Source of the DNA: Gammaproteobacteria bacterium
GTDB taxonomy: Bacteria > Pseudomonadota > Gammaproteobacteria > Eutrophobiales > Eutrophobiaceae
DNA: 64,000 nucleotides
Assembly: GCA_965238225.1 (NCBI GenBank)
Contig: OZ250183.1
Coordinates: forward strand, 308,680-372,679
Reading direction: 5' to 3'
The notes below the pieces were generated by a model, which saw only the letters and a list, made by a program, of their open reading frames with translations, was not told the origin of the DNA and ran no database searches. Made by a program: the position numbers and the translations under genes. Each line of letters opens with the position of its first letter. Positions within the stretch are counted from its first letter, which is position 1. Positions 53,546-64,000 of this stretch are shown here, piece by piece.

Positions 53546-54751
53546 TTAATGAGCAGTATATGCACTTAGCGTTCCGTCGCTGCTGTATGTGTAAACAATG
53601 TCATCAATGGCAACAGGTGTTGATAAAATTGGATGCTTTGAAATCCGTGTGCGAGCGACAAACTGACCATTACTCTTATCCATCCAGTGTAGGTAACCTT
53701 CTAAATCGCCAACAACAACAAGATCGCCAATGGTGGCAGGGGCTGTTACATGTCTGGCGAATAAATCCTCCTGTCTCCATATAGAATCGCCAGATGATCG
53801 ATCCAACGCCCAGATGTGGCTTTGGTTGTCCGTAATGTAAATATTTTCTCCGTCAGATGTTAATCCTGTGTAGGAAGAAATATTACGCGTCCAGATAGTT
53901 CGACCATCTTCCAGAGCAATCGAGGTTAGATGTCCTTGAAATGTCACAACGTAAATATCATTACCAACAATCACAGGATCCGAATCAATATCAACCATTC
54001 TTTCTAATTGAGAACGACCAGATGCCAGTGAGACACTCGTTTCCCAAATCAATTTCCCAGTATGCAATTCAATTGCAGAAATACGACCACCATCAAAACC
54101 AGCAATGACAACATCGCCTGTAATAACTGGACTACTGGTGCCACGTAGTGTTAATGAAGGTACAACACGAGCATATATCCACAAGTGACTGCCATCATTT
54201 GCACTAAGTCCAAAAATTTTACCGTCTATTGTACGCACTACAACAATACCGTAAGCCTCCTGTGGTGCAGCAAGAATCTCACTAGAGACTCTTGTCTGCC
54301 ACAGGAATTCTCCGTTTTCGCTTGTATATGCCAGTACATCGCCTTCCTCTGAACCAATCATGGTCAGTGTTTCACTGGAACCTGGACCTCCAGTGATATT
54401 TAGATCTGCATCATTTTCCCACAGTGTGTCACCACTTTTTATATCAGTGGCTACCAGATTTCCATGAATATCTGTGACAAAAATTTTACCTTGAATATAA
54501 GAAGGTGTGAGCTTGAGGAATTGTTTAGCAGAACCTTTACCTGTATTTTTTGACCAAAGCTTTGTAATTTCAGCAAGCGTTTCAATTTCTACTAAAAGAG
54601 TAGGCGGTTCAGAATTATCTTTGGTAGCAAATAAGCTTTTATCAAATAAATTTTTCACATAGTCTTTGGTGCCACATCCATACAACAAGATCAGCACTAA
54701 GGCGAATAATAAGCAACGCATGCCTGATAACATTAGAATGGATTTTTTCAT
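53546..54751 (-). CDS. bamB: outer membrane protein assembly factor BamB
   Basis: Lipobox LLYGC and repeated beta-propeller (PQQ-like) units. Confidence 0.9.
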   Translation of the reverse strand: MKKSILMLSGMRCLLFALVLILLYGCGTKDYVKNLFDKSLFATKDNSEPPTLLVEIETLAEITKLWSKNTGKGSAKQFLKLTPSYIQGKIFVTDIHGNLVATDIKSGDTLWENDADLNITGGPGSSETLTMIGSEEGDVLAYTSENGEFLWQTRVSSEILAAPQEAYGIVVVRTIDGKIFGLSANDGSHLWIYARVVPSLTLRGTSSPVITGDVVIAGFDGGRISAIELHTGKLIWETSVSLASGRSQLERMVDIDSDPVIVGNDIYVVTFQGHLTSIALEDGRTIWTRNISSYTGLTSDGENIYITDNQSHIWALDRSSGDSIWRQEDLFARHVTAPATIGDLVVVGDLEGYLHWMDKSNGQFVARTRISKHPILSTPVAIDDIVYTYSSDGTLSAYTAH

Positions 54752-55371
54752 AGATCGTCCAGTTTCATTTGCACAAAAGACTGATTACCGCCAGCGCTAT
54801 TTTGTGTTGCCAGCGCTTGTGTATAAGCATTTTTAGCAGATTCTAAATTGTCTTGCTGTAATAAAATATCACCACGTAGTTCATGATAATTTGATGCAAA
54901 TTTTCCTAGGTCAGCCTTTTCAAGCAAAGACAAGGCAGCATTTTTATCACCTTCTACAAGTAATAAACGCGAAAGTCGTAATCTGGCAAGATGCTTGAAT
55001 TCATCGTTATCTGCATTATCAAGAACCCGTTGAAGATGGGTTTTTGCAGACTTGATGTCATCTTTCTCCACGGCTATACGTGCCTGTAGCAGTGAAGAAA
55101 AAGTAGAATATGGGGTTGATTTGTAGTCTTGGTTTAGCTTGTCTGCAATTGTTGTTGTGTCTATTTCTTTTTCCTGATGTATATCTACAATCATCTGTTC
55201 ATAAAGATCAGAGGCTTGTTGTCCCTGAATCACTAAATGGTCTTGCCAGGCACGCCAGCCAAATATGGCAGTCAAACCAATTACGATACCGCCAATAATT
55301 GATTTACCATTCTCATGCCACCATTTTTTCAGATGTTCAGCTTGTTCTTCGTCTGTTCTATAAGCTTCCAA
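54748..55371 (-). CDS. yfgM: YfgM-family membrane-anchored TPR protein
   Basis: EEQAEHLKKWWHENGKSIIGGIVIGL. 4-nt overlap with bamB. Conserved position after hisS. Confidence 0.75.
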   Translation of the reverse strand: MEAYRTDEEQAEHLKKWWHENGKSIIGGIVIGLTAIFGWRAWQDHLVIQGQQASDLYEQMIVDIHQEKEIDTTTIADKLNQDYKSTPYSTFSSLLQARIAVEKDDIKSAKTHLQRVLDNADNDEFKHLARLRLSRLLLVEGDKNAALSLLEKADLGKFASNYHELRGDILLQQDNLESAKNAYTQALATQNSAGGNQSFVQMKLDDL

Positions 55372-55497
55372 AATTTTCTCCCATAAAATTTATTTTCGGA
55401 ATTCACTTGAATTTCCGGGAACAGTAAACTTAGCTGCTGGATGATAATGATGCTTGGGACATTACACAATGGTCTTTTTAAAAACATTTATGGCGGT

Positions 55498-56772
55498 TTA
55501 TTTAATATTTTTCGATAAAATATCGCCAATCTTATCCCATGAAACTGTTTCTTGCTTAAGTTTATCCCTTAATGACTTGAAGCCCACAGTCTGATTTTTT
55601 ACCTCATCACTACCCAAAATCAAGGCAAATAGTGCGCCGGATTTGTCGGCGCTTTTGAACTGGTTCTTAAAACTCCCGCCACCACAATGGGTCATAAGTC
55701 TGAGTTGTGGTAGTTGATTACGCAATTTTTCTGTCAGTTTCATACCTGCAGCAGTGACTCCATTTTCAGCAGATAAGATAAAATAAGCATGTAGCGGCGC
55801 GGTTTCAATGTTATCGCTATTTTGTTCAATCAAGGCCATCAGGCGTTCTAGCCCCAACGCAAAACCGAAAGCAGGGACAAATTTGCCACCGAAATGTTCA
55901 ATCAATTCATTGTAGCGACCACCAGCACAGAAAGTGCCTTGTGCACCGAGTTTGTCTGTATCCCACTCAAAGACAGTCTGTCCATAATAGTCCAAGCCAC
56001 GTACAAGTCGTGGGTTGATTGTATATGGGATATTTGAATCATCTAATATGTTTTTTAATTGCTCAAAATGGTCTGCAGATTCCTTATCCAGATAATCTTG
56101 CATTGTCGGTGCTGCGTTGATTAATTCTTGCATATCCGGATTTTTACTGTCAAGAATGCGTAACGGATTTATTTGTAATCTGCGTCTGCTTGTTTCATCC
56201 AATTGTTTTTCGTGTTGTGAGAAATAGTTAATCAGTATCTTACAATACTTCGCTCTTGTATGAGCAGATCCTAGAGAGTTCAATTGCAGACATATATTTT
56301 CTAGCTCAAGTTCACGCCATAGGCGCGCACTTAATATGATCATTTCAGCATCTATGTCTGGCCCAACGAAACCAAAGGCCTCGACACCAATCTGATGAAA
56401 TTGCCTGTGTCTGCCTTTTTGTGGTCTTTCGTGTCTGAACATGGGACCCATATACCAGAGTTTTTGTGTCTGATTATGAAATAAGCCGTGTTCAAGTCCT
56501 GCCCTGACACAGCTTGCTGTGCCTTCTGGTCGCAGGGTTAGACTATCACCGTTACGATCTTCAAAGCTGTACATTTCCTTGGCAACAATATCGGTCTGCC
56601 CGCCGATGGATCGGTTAAATAGCTCGGTTTTTTCAAGCAAGGGTACACGGATTTCCTGATAGCCATAATTATTTAGGATGCCTGTAATTTTTCTTTCTAC
56701 GAACTGCCAGCGACTTGTATCCTGAGGCAGTATATCTGACATACCACGTATAGCCTGTAACTTCTTAGACAA
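55498..56772 (-). CDS. hisS: histidine--tRNA ligase
   Basis: [42 protein letters not shown]. Confidence 0.95.
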   Translation of the reverse strand: MSKKLQAIRGMSDILPQDTSRWQFVERKITGILNNYGYQEIRVPLLEKTELFNRSIGGQTDIVAKEMYSFEDRNGDSLTLRPEGTASCVRAGLEHGLFHNQTQKLWYMGPMFRHERPQKGRHRQFHQIGVEAFGFVGPDIDAEMIILSARLWRELELENICLQLNSLGSAHTRAKYCKILINYFSQHEKQLDETSRRRLQINPLRILDSKNPDMQELINAAPTMQDYLDKESADHFEQLKNILDDSNIPYTINPRLVRGLDYYGQTVFEWDTDKLGAQGTFCAGGRYNELIEHFGGKFVPAFGFALGLERLMALIEQNSDNIETAPLHAYFILSAENGVTAAGMKLTEKLRNQLPQLRLMTHCGGGSFKNQFKSADKSGALFALILGSDEVKNQTVGFKSLRDKLKQETVSWDKIGDILSKNIK

Positions 56773-57032
56773 AGCTTTCTCCTAGGAAATGAATTATTCT
56801 GAAATTTGTACGGGCATAATAATATGCGTCATGTCAGTATGATAGCGTGTTAATAAATATGATCCATAATAAACAGATCCATGCTATATGGTATGGTGTG
56901 CGAGGCTCATCACGAGCAAGGAAATTCTTGAAAAATCTTATGATATTTTATTTAGTGCTTATACGTATTTAATACTCATATGCTAAAAAGATTATTCCAA
57001 AATTTTCTTATAAATAATTTTTATGAAGAAAA

Positions 57033-57875
57033 TTACTCTAAAAAAAATTTTGCAATATTTGTTTTGGTGTATTCTTTGGTATCGAATACTTTACCATTGA
57101 AATTGACTAAAACAGCTCTGGAGTTACCAAGCGTGACTGATAATGGTGCTGTGCCAGTTATGCTGATTTTTTCACCAGGTTTGGCAAGGTTGCGATAGAG
57201 TTGTTCATTTGTAGCGTCATATATTTCAATCCATGATTCAGCAGTTAATTCCATTTTTAAGGTATCTAAATTTACTGGGTCATTTGAGTTTATCTGTACA
57301 TTTGTGCTCAATGAATCATTTGTTGATAAATGATCATCAAGTTCTAATAGATTTAGATTGCTTGGCTCATATACTTCACGCACATCCAGAGGTTCTGCGA
57401 GAGATTCTGGGTGAATAACAATATCATAGTCATCTGGGGTGGTTTTAGTATTGTTTGTAAAAAATTCCGTTCTGACAATATGCTGACTTTGCCACCAAGC
57501 AATGACTAAAATTCCTAATGTAAAAATAACTAGATAGGTCATTGCTTTAACAGGTTTATCTCTACTGCTTGCTTGAACTACAGGCTTAACATCCGGGAGA
57601 ATCTCCGGCGGTGCTTCTGCCGAGGCTTCATATATATTGATGAGGTTATCTGCATTTAAGGAAACAGCGCATGCATAACTCCTAATATATCCTTTGATGT
57701 AGGTTGGCGCAGGCAGCTTGCTGAAGTCGTTAGCATCCAGCGCTGCAACAAATTCTTCCTTTAAGTTAAGTCTGGACGCAATTTCTTTTTGAGATAGCGA
57801 TAATTTTTCTCTGGCTTTGGTGAGTAATTCACCAAGTTTATTATTATTATTATTTTCTATCTGATCTTCAGGCAT
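57033..57875 (-). CDS. rodZ: cytoskeleton protein RodZ
   Basis: N-terminal XRE-type HTH (LGELLTKAREKLSLSQKEIASRL), one TM helix, C-terminal DUF4115-like domain. Confidence 0.8.
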   Translation of the reverse strand: MPEDQIENNNNNKLGELLTKAREKLSLSQKEIASRLNLKEEFVAALDANDFSKLPAPTYIKGYIRSYACAVSLNADNLINIYEASAEAPPEILPDVKPVVQASSRDKPVKAMTYLVIFTLGILVIAWWQSQHIVRTEFFTNNTKTTPDDYDIVIHPESLAEPLDVREVYEPSNLNLLELDDHLSTNDSLSTNVQINSNDPVNLDTLKMELTAESWIEIYDATNEQLYRNLAKPGEKISITGTAPLSVTLGNSRAVLVNFNGKVFDTKEYTKTNIAKFFLE

Positions 57876-57878
57876 TGT

Positions 57879-58652
57879 CTATTTGGCCAAACTATTTTTT
57901 AATAAATTAGTTTCTTCGCTGTCTGGAAATTTATTTTTTAATAATAATTCGTAGCTCGATAGCGCATTATTATCGCCTAGCTTACTTTCAACCTGAATAC
58001 CGAGCCAAAGACTTTTTGCTGTATGAGGGCTTACCTCAAGGTATCGCTGTAAATACCCCCTTGCTGATAGGTAGTTTTTGGTGACATATGAAATTTCAAT
58101 CATTTGCAATAGCGCAGGAATCACCTTAGGGTTTTCCCCCAATGCTTTTCTAAAATACTTTTCAGCGATACCCAGCTTGTCCTGCTTCATGGCGCAGACC
58201 CCAGCATTTGACAATGCAATTTCTGGTGTTGTATATAATGGGTTGTTTGCAGCTTTTAGGAAATGTTTCTCAGCTTTATCAAAGCGAGATTCCTGACAGA
58301 GGAACTGACCATAATTGTTCATAGTAGATGAATCATATTCATTTAAACGAAGCGCCTGAATGAAATATTCTTCAGCTTTTTTTTTGTCTTTAAATCTCTG
58401 GTATAAAACTCCCAAAGCATTGTAGGTAGGCGAATAATGCGGATCAGCCGCCCGTGCCTTTTGTAATTTTTCCAGTGATTTCTCCAATGCGCCTGCTTGC
58501 AGATAGGCTATTCCAAGGTCTAGGTTAGCCTTCGCAATATCGTTGGTCTTTACTGATGGTTTGATAGATTCAGAGCGACCGGTCGTTTGGCCGCAGCCGC
58601 TTAAGCCTAAATAGAGGAAATAAAAAATAATAGTGAGCGTAATCTTTTTCAT
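57879..58652 (-). CDS. pilW: type IV pilus biogenesis/stability lipoprotein PilW (TPR)
   Basis: Lipobox LSGC and TPR repeats. Position between rlmN and rodZ, as in Pseudomonas. Confidence 0.8.
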   Translation of the reverse strand: MKKITLTIIFYFLYLGLSGCGQTTGRSESIKPSVKTNDIAKANLDLGIAYLQAGALEKSLEKLQKARAADPHYSPTYNALGVLYQRFKDKKKAEEYFIQALRLNEYDSSTMNNYGQFLCQESRFDKAEKHFLKAANNPLYTTPEIALSNAGVCAMKQDKLGIAEKYFRKALGENPKVIPALLQMIEISYVTKNYLSARGYLQRYLEVSPHTAKSLWLGIQVESKLGDNNALSSYELLLKNKFPDSEETNLLKNSLAK

Positions 58653-58666
58653 GCCTTACCGTATAT

Positions 58667-59764
58667 TTAATAGCGTTTTGAGGGCATTCGGTATTTTTTA
58701 GCGCGTGCCATGACCTTGCCAACCAATTGACCACAGGCTGCGTCGATATCATCACCTCTGGTTTTACGTGTGATGGCAAAAACACCGCCCTTGATTAAAA
58801 TGTCCCTGAATTTATCAATTACACTCGTTTTGGAACATTTATAGTCAGTCCCAAGAAAGGGGTTGAATGGGATGAGGTTAATCTTTGCGGGGATCCCATT
58901 CATAAGTTTAATCAACATACGAGCCTCGGCTTCGCTATCATTAATACCATCCAGCATAACATATTCGAAAGTGATCGTATCTACGATATGTATTTTTGCA
59001 TATCTTTTGCATGCTTGCATCAATTCTTCAATAGGGTAGCTTTTGTTAATGGGTACCAGATTATTACGCAGCTCATTATTAGTCGCATGCAATGAGATGG
59101 CTAGGCTGACATCACTTGTCTTTGCCAGTTTATCAATTGCCGGCACCAAGCCAGATGTACTCAAGGTGACTCGTTTTCGTGAAAGTCCATATGCACAATC
59201 TTCCATCATCAGGCTCATGGCACTAACGACATTGTCAAAATTAAGCAGAGGTTCACCCATGCCCATCATGACAATATTGCTGATAGTGCGGTTTTTATAT
59301 TTGTAGTCTCCCAGCGCCTGACTTGCAATCCATAATTGACCAATGATTTCGCCAGTAGTTAGGTTCCGATTAAATCCTTGCTTTCCGGTAGCGCAGAAGC
59401 CACAGTCCAATGCGCAACCTACTTGAGATGAAATACATAAAGTCCCCCGATCTTTCCCCGGGATAAATACGGTCTCTATGCTATTGTTATTGTCAAGTTG
59501 GAGCAACCATTTGCACGTGCCATCTTTTGATATTTGTTGAGAGATTATTTTTGGAAGTTGGATATGAGCGATATCAGATAATTTTTTGCGAAGTGCTTTA
59601 CTTAAAGTTGTCATTTGCGAGAAATCGGTGATGCCGTATTGATAGATCCACTTGAGTACCTGAACGGCACGAAACGGTTTTTCACCTATATCGGTAAAAT
59701 AGGTTTCCATGGAATATCGGTCATGATCAAGCAGGTTTGCTTGCTTGTTTACGCCTATGCCCAT
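58667..59764 (-). CDS. rlmN: 23S rRNA/tRNA (adenine-C2)-methyltransferase RlmN
   Basis: [11 protein letters not shown] radical SAM motif and GMGEPL. Confidence 0.95.
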   Translation of the reverse strand: MGIGVNKQANLLDHDRYSMETYFTDIGEKPFRAVQVLKWIYQYGITDFSQMTTLSKALRKKLSDIAHIQLPKIISQQISKDGTCKWLLQLDNNNSIETVFIPGKDRGTLCISSQVGCALDCGFCATGKQGFNRNLTTGEIIGQLWIASQALGDYKYKNRTISNIVMMGMGEPLLNFDNVVSAMSLMMEDCAYGLSRKRVTLSTSGLVPAIDKLAKTSDVSLAISLHATNNELRNNLVPINKSYPIEELMQACKRYAKIHIVDTITFEYVMLDGINDSEAEARMLIKLMNGIPAKINLIPFNPFLGTDYKCSKTSVIDKFRDILIKGGVFAITRKTRGDDIDAACGQLVGKVMARAKKYRMPSKRY

Positions 59765-59781
59765 AGTTTAGACTGCATAAC

Positions 59782-60219
59782 TTACCGGATACGTTCGCAG
59801 ATTTCTTCTGGCTTGAAGAAAAACTTAATTTCTTCCACCGCAGTTTCTGGCGCGTCAGAACCATGCACTGCATTTTCGTTAGCCTTACCTTCTCTCGCCA
59901 GATCGTAACGAATTGAACCTGGGGCAGAAAATTCGGGCATGGTTGCACCCATTAAGGCACGACATCTTGCAATCGCATTTTCGCCTTCAAGGACAGATAT
60001 CATTGCCGGACCAGAGATCATGAATTCAACCAGCATGTTATAGAAAGGCCGTTCTTTATGAATAGAATAAAAATCTTTGGCCTGTTTTTTGGTTAATTGT
60101 GTCATTTTTGCAGCAATGATAGTCAGATCATTTGCTTCAAATCTTGAATAAATATCTCCAATATAATTATTTGCTATGGCATCAGGCTTGATTATCGATA
60201 GCGTGCGTTCAATGGTCAT
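59782..60219 (-). CDS. ndk: nucleoside-diphosphate kinase
   Basis: [11 protein letters not shown] and NAVHGSD (catalytic His). Confidence 0.95.
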   Translation of the reverse strand: MTIERTLSIIKPDAIANNYIGDIYSRFEANDLTIIAAKMTQLTKKQAKDFYSIHKERPFYNMLVEFMISGPAMISVLEGENAIARCRALMGATMPEFSAPGSIRYDLAREGKANENAVHGSDAPETAVEEIKFFFKPEEICERIR

Positions 60220-60373
60220 TTACTTAAACTTACTCTAAAAAATGCTTTAATGTTTTAAAATGAAGGAATCAGGCCTAACTGACAATTAAGCGCGCGATTA
60301 TACGTGCTTGAAATCAAGCGTAAAGTCTTTAATATGCCGAAAGTGACTTAAATGTGAAAAGCGGTAAAAACTA

Positions 60374-60682
60374 TCAATCCCAGCGATTATCATATACTTG
60401 AACGATACTGTCTGTGATGTGAATAGGAAAAGTTGGTACATCTTCATAGGCTGGAGGCGTTAGGGCTTTACCCGTTTTAATACAGAATTTAGCACCATGT
60501 CGTGGACAAATAATTTGTTTATCATTGATTAATTGTTCCGGGAGTAGTTCTGACCCCAGTCCACTATCTAGCATTGTGGAATTATCATGGTCGCAATTAT
60601 TTTCGATAGCAAAACATTCACCGTCAAGATTAAAAACGGCAATTTGCACATCACCCAAGTCAACCAGTCTCGCCTCGCCCAA
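60374..60682 (-). CDS. Rieske [2Fe-2S] ferredoxin-like protein
   Basis: CDHD (CxH) and CPRHGAKF (CxxH) ligand pairs. Confidence 0.8.
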   Translation of the reverse strand: MGEARLVDLGDVQIAVFNLDGECFAIENNCDHDNSTMLDSGLGSELLPEQLINDKQIICPRHGAKFCIKTGKALTPPAYEDVPTFPIHITDSIVQVYDNRWD

Positions 60683-60762
60683 AGGATTCTATGGGTTCTA
60701 TGTTAATCCAGTCTGGCATAGCAGGAATCTTTAGTAGGGCTTAGATACCGTGAATGGCGATA

Positions 60763-61314
60763 TCAATAAAGACCGGTTTGTAATCTAGCAGCTTCTGACA
60801 TCATGGTTTGATTCCATGGAGGATCAAAAGTCAGATCGACATTAACTTGAGTGACATTAGGCAAAGTAATGATTTTGCTGCGAACATCTTCAGCCAGAAA
60901 CTCACCCATGCCACATCCGGGTGCAGTCAGCGTCATAGTAATGTCAACTCGATTACCCACATCTACAGGGGTGATGCTGCAATTATAAATCAGGCCGAGT
61001 TCGACAATATCGATAGGAATCTCTGGGTCATAGCAGGTACGTAGCTGTTCCCAAATGAGTGCTTCATAAACACGCCCATCTCCTGTTTGCTCATGTGCAG
61101 GTTCGGTATTATTATCTTCAATTTCAAACCCCAATGCATCAGCATCTTTACTGTCAATGCGTGCAAGATTGCCGTTGATGTTTACCGTATAGCTTCCGCC
61201 TAGTGCCTGCGTAATATAAACGATACTGTCTTTTTCAAGCTTGATGGGGGTGCCATCAGGGATCAGTACAGCATTGCAGTCTCGTACTAGAGCGATAGAT
61301 TCATTATGTTGCAT
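60763..61314 (-). CDS. sufT: SufT-like Fe-S assembly protein (DUF59/MIP18 domain)
   Basis: DPEIPIDIVELGLIY...LTAPGCGMG is typical of DUF59. Length and operon position fit long SufT. Confidence 0.75.
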   Translation of the reverse strand: MQHNESIALVRDCNAVLIPDGTPIKLEKDSIVYITQALGGSYTVNINGNLARIDSKDADALGFEIEDNNTEPAHEQTGDGRVYEALIWEQLRTCYDPEIPIDIVELGLIYNCSITPVDVGNRVDITMTLTAPGCGMGEFLAEDVRSKIITLPNVTQVNVDLTFDPPWNQTMMSEAARLQTGLY

Positions 61315-61326
61315 ATTCGTTCCAGA

Positions 61327-61785
61327 TTATTCTGTTGTGGCAGGACAGTTATCGCCCCATAATGCCGAATGCAGGGTGTGCCAGCAAAGTGTCGCACATT
61401 TAACGCGTGCTGGATATTCTTTAACGCCCGCCAGTGCAACAAGTTTTCCCAATGATTGCATTTGTTCTTGACTAGGGTTTGCTTCTTCCATGACTAGATT
61501 GTGAAAATTTTCAAATAACTGTTCGGCCTCTTTAATGGTCTTACCTTTTAGTGAATCTGTCATTAAAGACGCAGAGGCAACTGAGATAGCACAGCCAGAA
61601 CCATCAAAACTGACATCCGCAATCAGATCATCTTCTGTTGTTAAGTAAAGATTCAATTTATCACCGCACAAAGGGTTGTAGCCTTCGGCAATCTGGCTTG
61701 GGTTCTCGAGCTTGCCAAAATTTCTCGGGCTGCGGTTATGATCAATGATGGCCTCCTGATAGAGGTCTTTTAAATTAAGCATCAA
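61327..61785 (-). CDS. sufU: SufU/NifU-like sulfur-transfer scaffold protein
   Basis: DHNRSPRNFG, NPLCGDKLNLYL, GCAISVASAS. Confidence 0.85.
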   Translation of the reverse strand: MMLNLKDLYQEAIIDHNRSPRNFGKLENPSQIAEGYNPLCGDKLNLYLTTEDDLIADVSFDGSGCAISVASASLMTDSLKGKTIKEAEQLFENFHNLVMEEANPSQEQMQSLGKLVALAGVKEYPARVKCATLCWHTLHSALWGDNCPATTE

Positions 61786-63038
61786 GCAAAAACCTCTCTG
61801 GCTTTTTCCAGAGCGTGAATCAAACTATCAATTTCCGCAAAAGTGTTATAAAAAGAAAAGGAAGCACGTGCTGTCGCAGGTACGTTAAAGTGTGTCATTA
61901 CTGGCATGGCACAATGATGGCCTGTGCGTATAGCGATGCCTTTATGATCAAGGATCGTACCTATGTCATGAGGATGAATGCTGTCCATGATGAAAGATAG
62001 GATGCTGGTTTTTTGTGCTGCCGTACCAATTAGGCGTAAACCTTCAACTTGTCCCATTTTTTCTGTAGCGTAATTAAGTAGTTCATGTTCATAAGCGGCA
62101 ATGGCATCAAGGCCAATCATATTAATATAGTTAATAGCTGTATCTAGCCCAATGACTCCAGCAATATTCGGTGTGCCTGCTTCAAACTTGTAGGGTAGGT
62201 TGGCATACATTGTTTTTTCGAATGACACCATCTTGATCATATCGCCACCACCTTGCCAAGGCGGCATGGCTTCGAGTAATTCTGTCTTGCCATAAAGCAC
62301 GCCGACCCCTGTGGGGCCAAAAAGTTTGTGACCGGAAAATACATAAAAATCACAATCCAGCGCTTGCACATCTACGGCGGCATGCGGTGCAGCTTGAGCA
62401 CCATCAATAATAACAATAGCATTATGCTCATGTGTACGGTTGATGATGGCTTGAATTGGATTGATTGTTCCCAAGGCATTGGAAATATGAACCACTGAAA
62501 CAATCTTTGTCTGTGGGTTAAGTAATTTCTCAAACTCTTCTATGATTAGTTCACCATCATCATTAATCGGGATTATTTTCAGGAGCGCACCGGTTTGTTC
62601 GCAAAGCAATTGCCATGGCACGATGTTTGAGTGGTGTTCCATTTCGGAAATAATAATTTCGTCACCACCTTTAAGGTTGGTTCTGCCATAACTTTGAGCA
62701 ATCAGGTTAATACCTTCAGTTGCACCACGCACAAAGATTATCTCTTCCTTTGAGTCAGCGTTTAGGAAATTACGTATGTTTACTCGGGCATTTTCATAAT
62801 AAGCCGTCGATCTTTCACTCAAAGTATGCACACCACGGTGAATGTTGGCATTATCTTCTTGATAGTATTTGTCCAGTGCTTCGATCACTTGTTTGGGTTT
62901 TTGCGAGGTTGCAGCATTGTCAAGATAGACTAGAGGCTTACCGTTTACTTCTTGATGTAGAATTGGAAAATTCTGACGAATTTTTTCAATATCTAATAAG
63001 GGTGTTTTAATATTATTTGCTGTGTTGATTTCTGACAT
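61782..63038 (-). CDS. sufS: cysteine desulfurase SufS
   Basis: SGHKLFGPTG (PLP Lys), RTGHHCA (active Cys). 4-nt overlap with sufU. Confidence 0.95.
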   Translation of the reverse strand: MSEINTANNIKTPLLDIEKIRQNFPILHQEVNGKPLVYLDNAATSQKPKQVIEALDKYYQEDNANIHRGVHTLSERSTAYYENARVNIRNFLNADSKEEIIFVRGATEGINLIAQSYGRTNLKGGDEIIISEMEHHSNIVPWQLLCEQTGALLKIIPINDDGELIIEEFEKLLNPQTKIVSVVHISNALGTINPIQAIINRTHEHNAIVIIDGAQAAPHAAVDVQALDCDFYVFSGHKLFGPTGVGVLYGKTELLEAMPPWQGGGDMIKMVSFEKTMYANLPYKFEAGTPNIAGVIGLDTAINYINMIGLDAIAAYEHELLNYATEKMGQVEGLRLIGTAAQKTSILSFIMDSIHPHDIGTILDHKGIAIRTGHHCAMPVMTHFNVPATARASFSFYNTFAEIDSLIHALEKAREVFA

Positions 63039-63067
63039 CTTCAGATTCTCTTAACTTTTTTTTAGCC

Positions 63068-64000
63068 TTACATTTTGTTGGCAGCACTCAAATTGGCTTT
63101 AATTAGATCAGCATCAGGCAAACGGCCGCCGATGTTGTATTCCAACTGTTCGCGCAAAGGCGCAAATTTGATGCGACGAATAATTTCATCAGCAAAAGCA
63201 AAGATTAGTAAGTTTTTGGCGGTTTCTTCATCAAGGCTACGTGAACGAAGGTAAAACAGCATATTCTTGTCTAGCTGACCAATGGTCGCACCGTGACTAC
63301 ATTCTACATCATCGGCGTAAATTTCCAGTTCCGGTTTGGTGTCAATCTCAGCATGGTCAGATAATAGGAGGTTAGCATTAGATTGTGCTGCCTCTATTTT
63401 CTGCGCATCTTTATGCACAATAACTTTGCCATTGAAGACGCCTTGCGCACGATCATCCAGCACGCCGCGATAATTTTCTTCACTTTGGGTATGAGGTTTG
63501 GAATGATTTACTAGTGTGTGGTTATCGACATGCTGACTACCATTGCCCATATAAAGTCCGTTTAAAATAACCTTAGCACCGAAACCTGCAAGTTCCGTGA
63601 CGATATCATTGCGCACGATTGCGCCGCCTAATGAAACTGAATATGATTCAACACGGCTGTTACGATGTAGTTTCAGATGCGTACCGCTAATATGAAAACT
63701 TTCGGTATTTTCCTGTTGTATTTTGTAATGTTCAAGTGCTGCATTATCAGACATTTCAATCTCTGTAATAGTATTGGTAAAACTAACAACATCCTGTAGC
63801 CCACGGAAGCTTTCTATTACGTTAGCCTGTGCATTTTTACCCATGATGATTAAATTACGTGGCATCACAGCAAGCGGCTGCCCACTGTTGCTGGAAATAA
63901 AATAAATTACAATGGGTTCTTTGATGATGACATTGTCTGGTACGCATATAAGTGCGCCATCATTAAAGAAAGCCGTATTTAATGCAGCAAAAATATGTTG
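63068..64000 (-). CDS. sufD: Fe-S cluster assembly protein SufD (5' end off the window)
   Basis: The frame stays open upstream of the Met at 63868 up to position 64000 (QHIFAALNTAFFNDGALICVPDNVIIKEPIVIYF...). C-terminal SHGATIGQLD is typical of SufD. Confidence 0.9.
   Translation of the reverse strand, partial: QHIFAALNTAFFNDGALICVPDNVIIKEPIVIYFISSNSGQPLAVMPRNLIIMGKNAQANVIESFRGLQDVVSFTNTITEIEMSDNAALEHYKIQQENTESFHISGTHLKLHRNSRVESYSVSLGGAIVRNDIVTELAGFGAKVILNGLYMGNGSQHVDNHTLVNHSKPHTQSEENYRGVLDDRAQGVFNGKVIVHKDAQKIEAAQSNANLLLSDHAEIDTKPELEIYADDVECSHGATIGQLDKNMLFYLRSRSLDEETAKNLLIFAFADEIIRRIKFAPLREQLEYNIGGRLPDADLIKANLSAANKM

Overview
An AT-rich stretch of gammaproteobacterial core chromosome, densely coding on both strands. 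I saw no rRNA, CRISPR array, transposase or integrase. Most of it is housekeeping genes in synteny blocks I recognise from E. coli and Pseudomonas. These are nadA and aspS; mutM-rpmG-rpmB-(radC slot)-coaBC-dut-algC-argB-slmA; rpe-gph-trpEGDC; bcp-gcvR-dapA-bamC; der-bamB-yfgM-hisS-rodZ-pilW-rlmN-ndk; and the tail of a suf operon (sufD-sufS-sufU-sufT-Rieske). Accessory or unusual content sits between these blocks. (1) At 496-4291 there is a tightly coupled five-gene operon: exported DUF547, a di-iron ferritin-like protein, a GT2 transferase, a radical SAM enzyme and an exported SRPBCC protein. I cannot assign it to a known pathway. (2) At 8358-15653, next to tRNA-Lys, lies a type I R-M island with no integrase. 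hsdM and hsdR are intact, but hsdS has both target-recognition domains shredded. A Fic gene sits between hsdS and hsdR and is stop-start coupled to hsdR. A perfect 70-bp tandem repeat carrying palindromic boxes precedes fic. (3) An orphan Dam/D12-class adenine methyltransferase occupies the position where radC normally sits. (4) An ABC/GldF/GldG/DUF4340 module is co-oriented with mutM and only 7 nt from it. (5) Three genes are decayed: hsdS, gcvR (at least 4 frameshifts) and a DksA/TraR zinc-finger tail. (6) Several small repeats are present, including a G9 tract serving as the Shine-Dalgarno of fmdB, a 9-bp x3 microsatellite, and operator-like repeats. All family assignments come from reading motifs by eye and from remembered family signatures. 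No database search was run.
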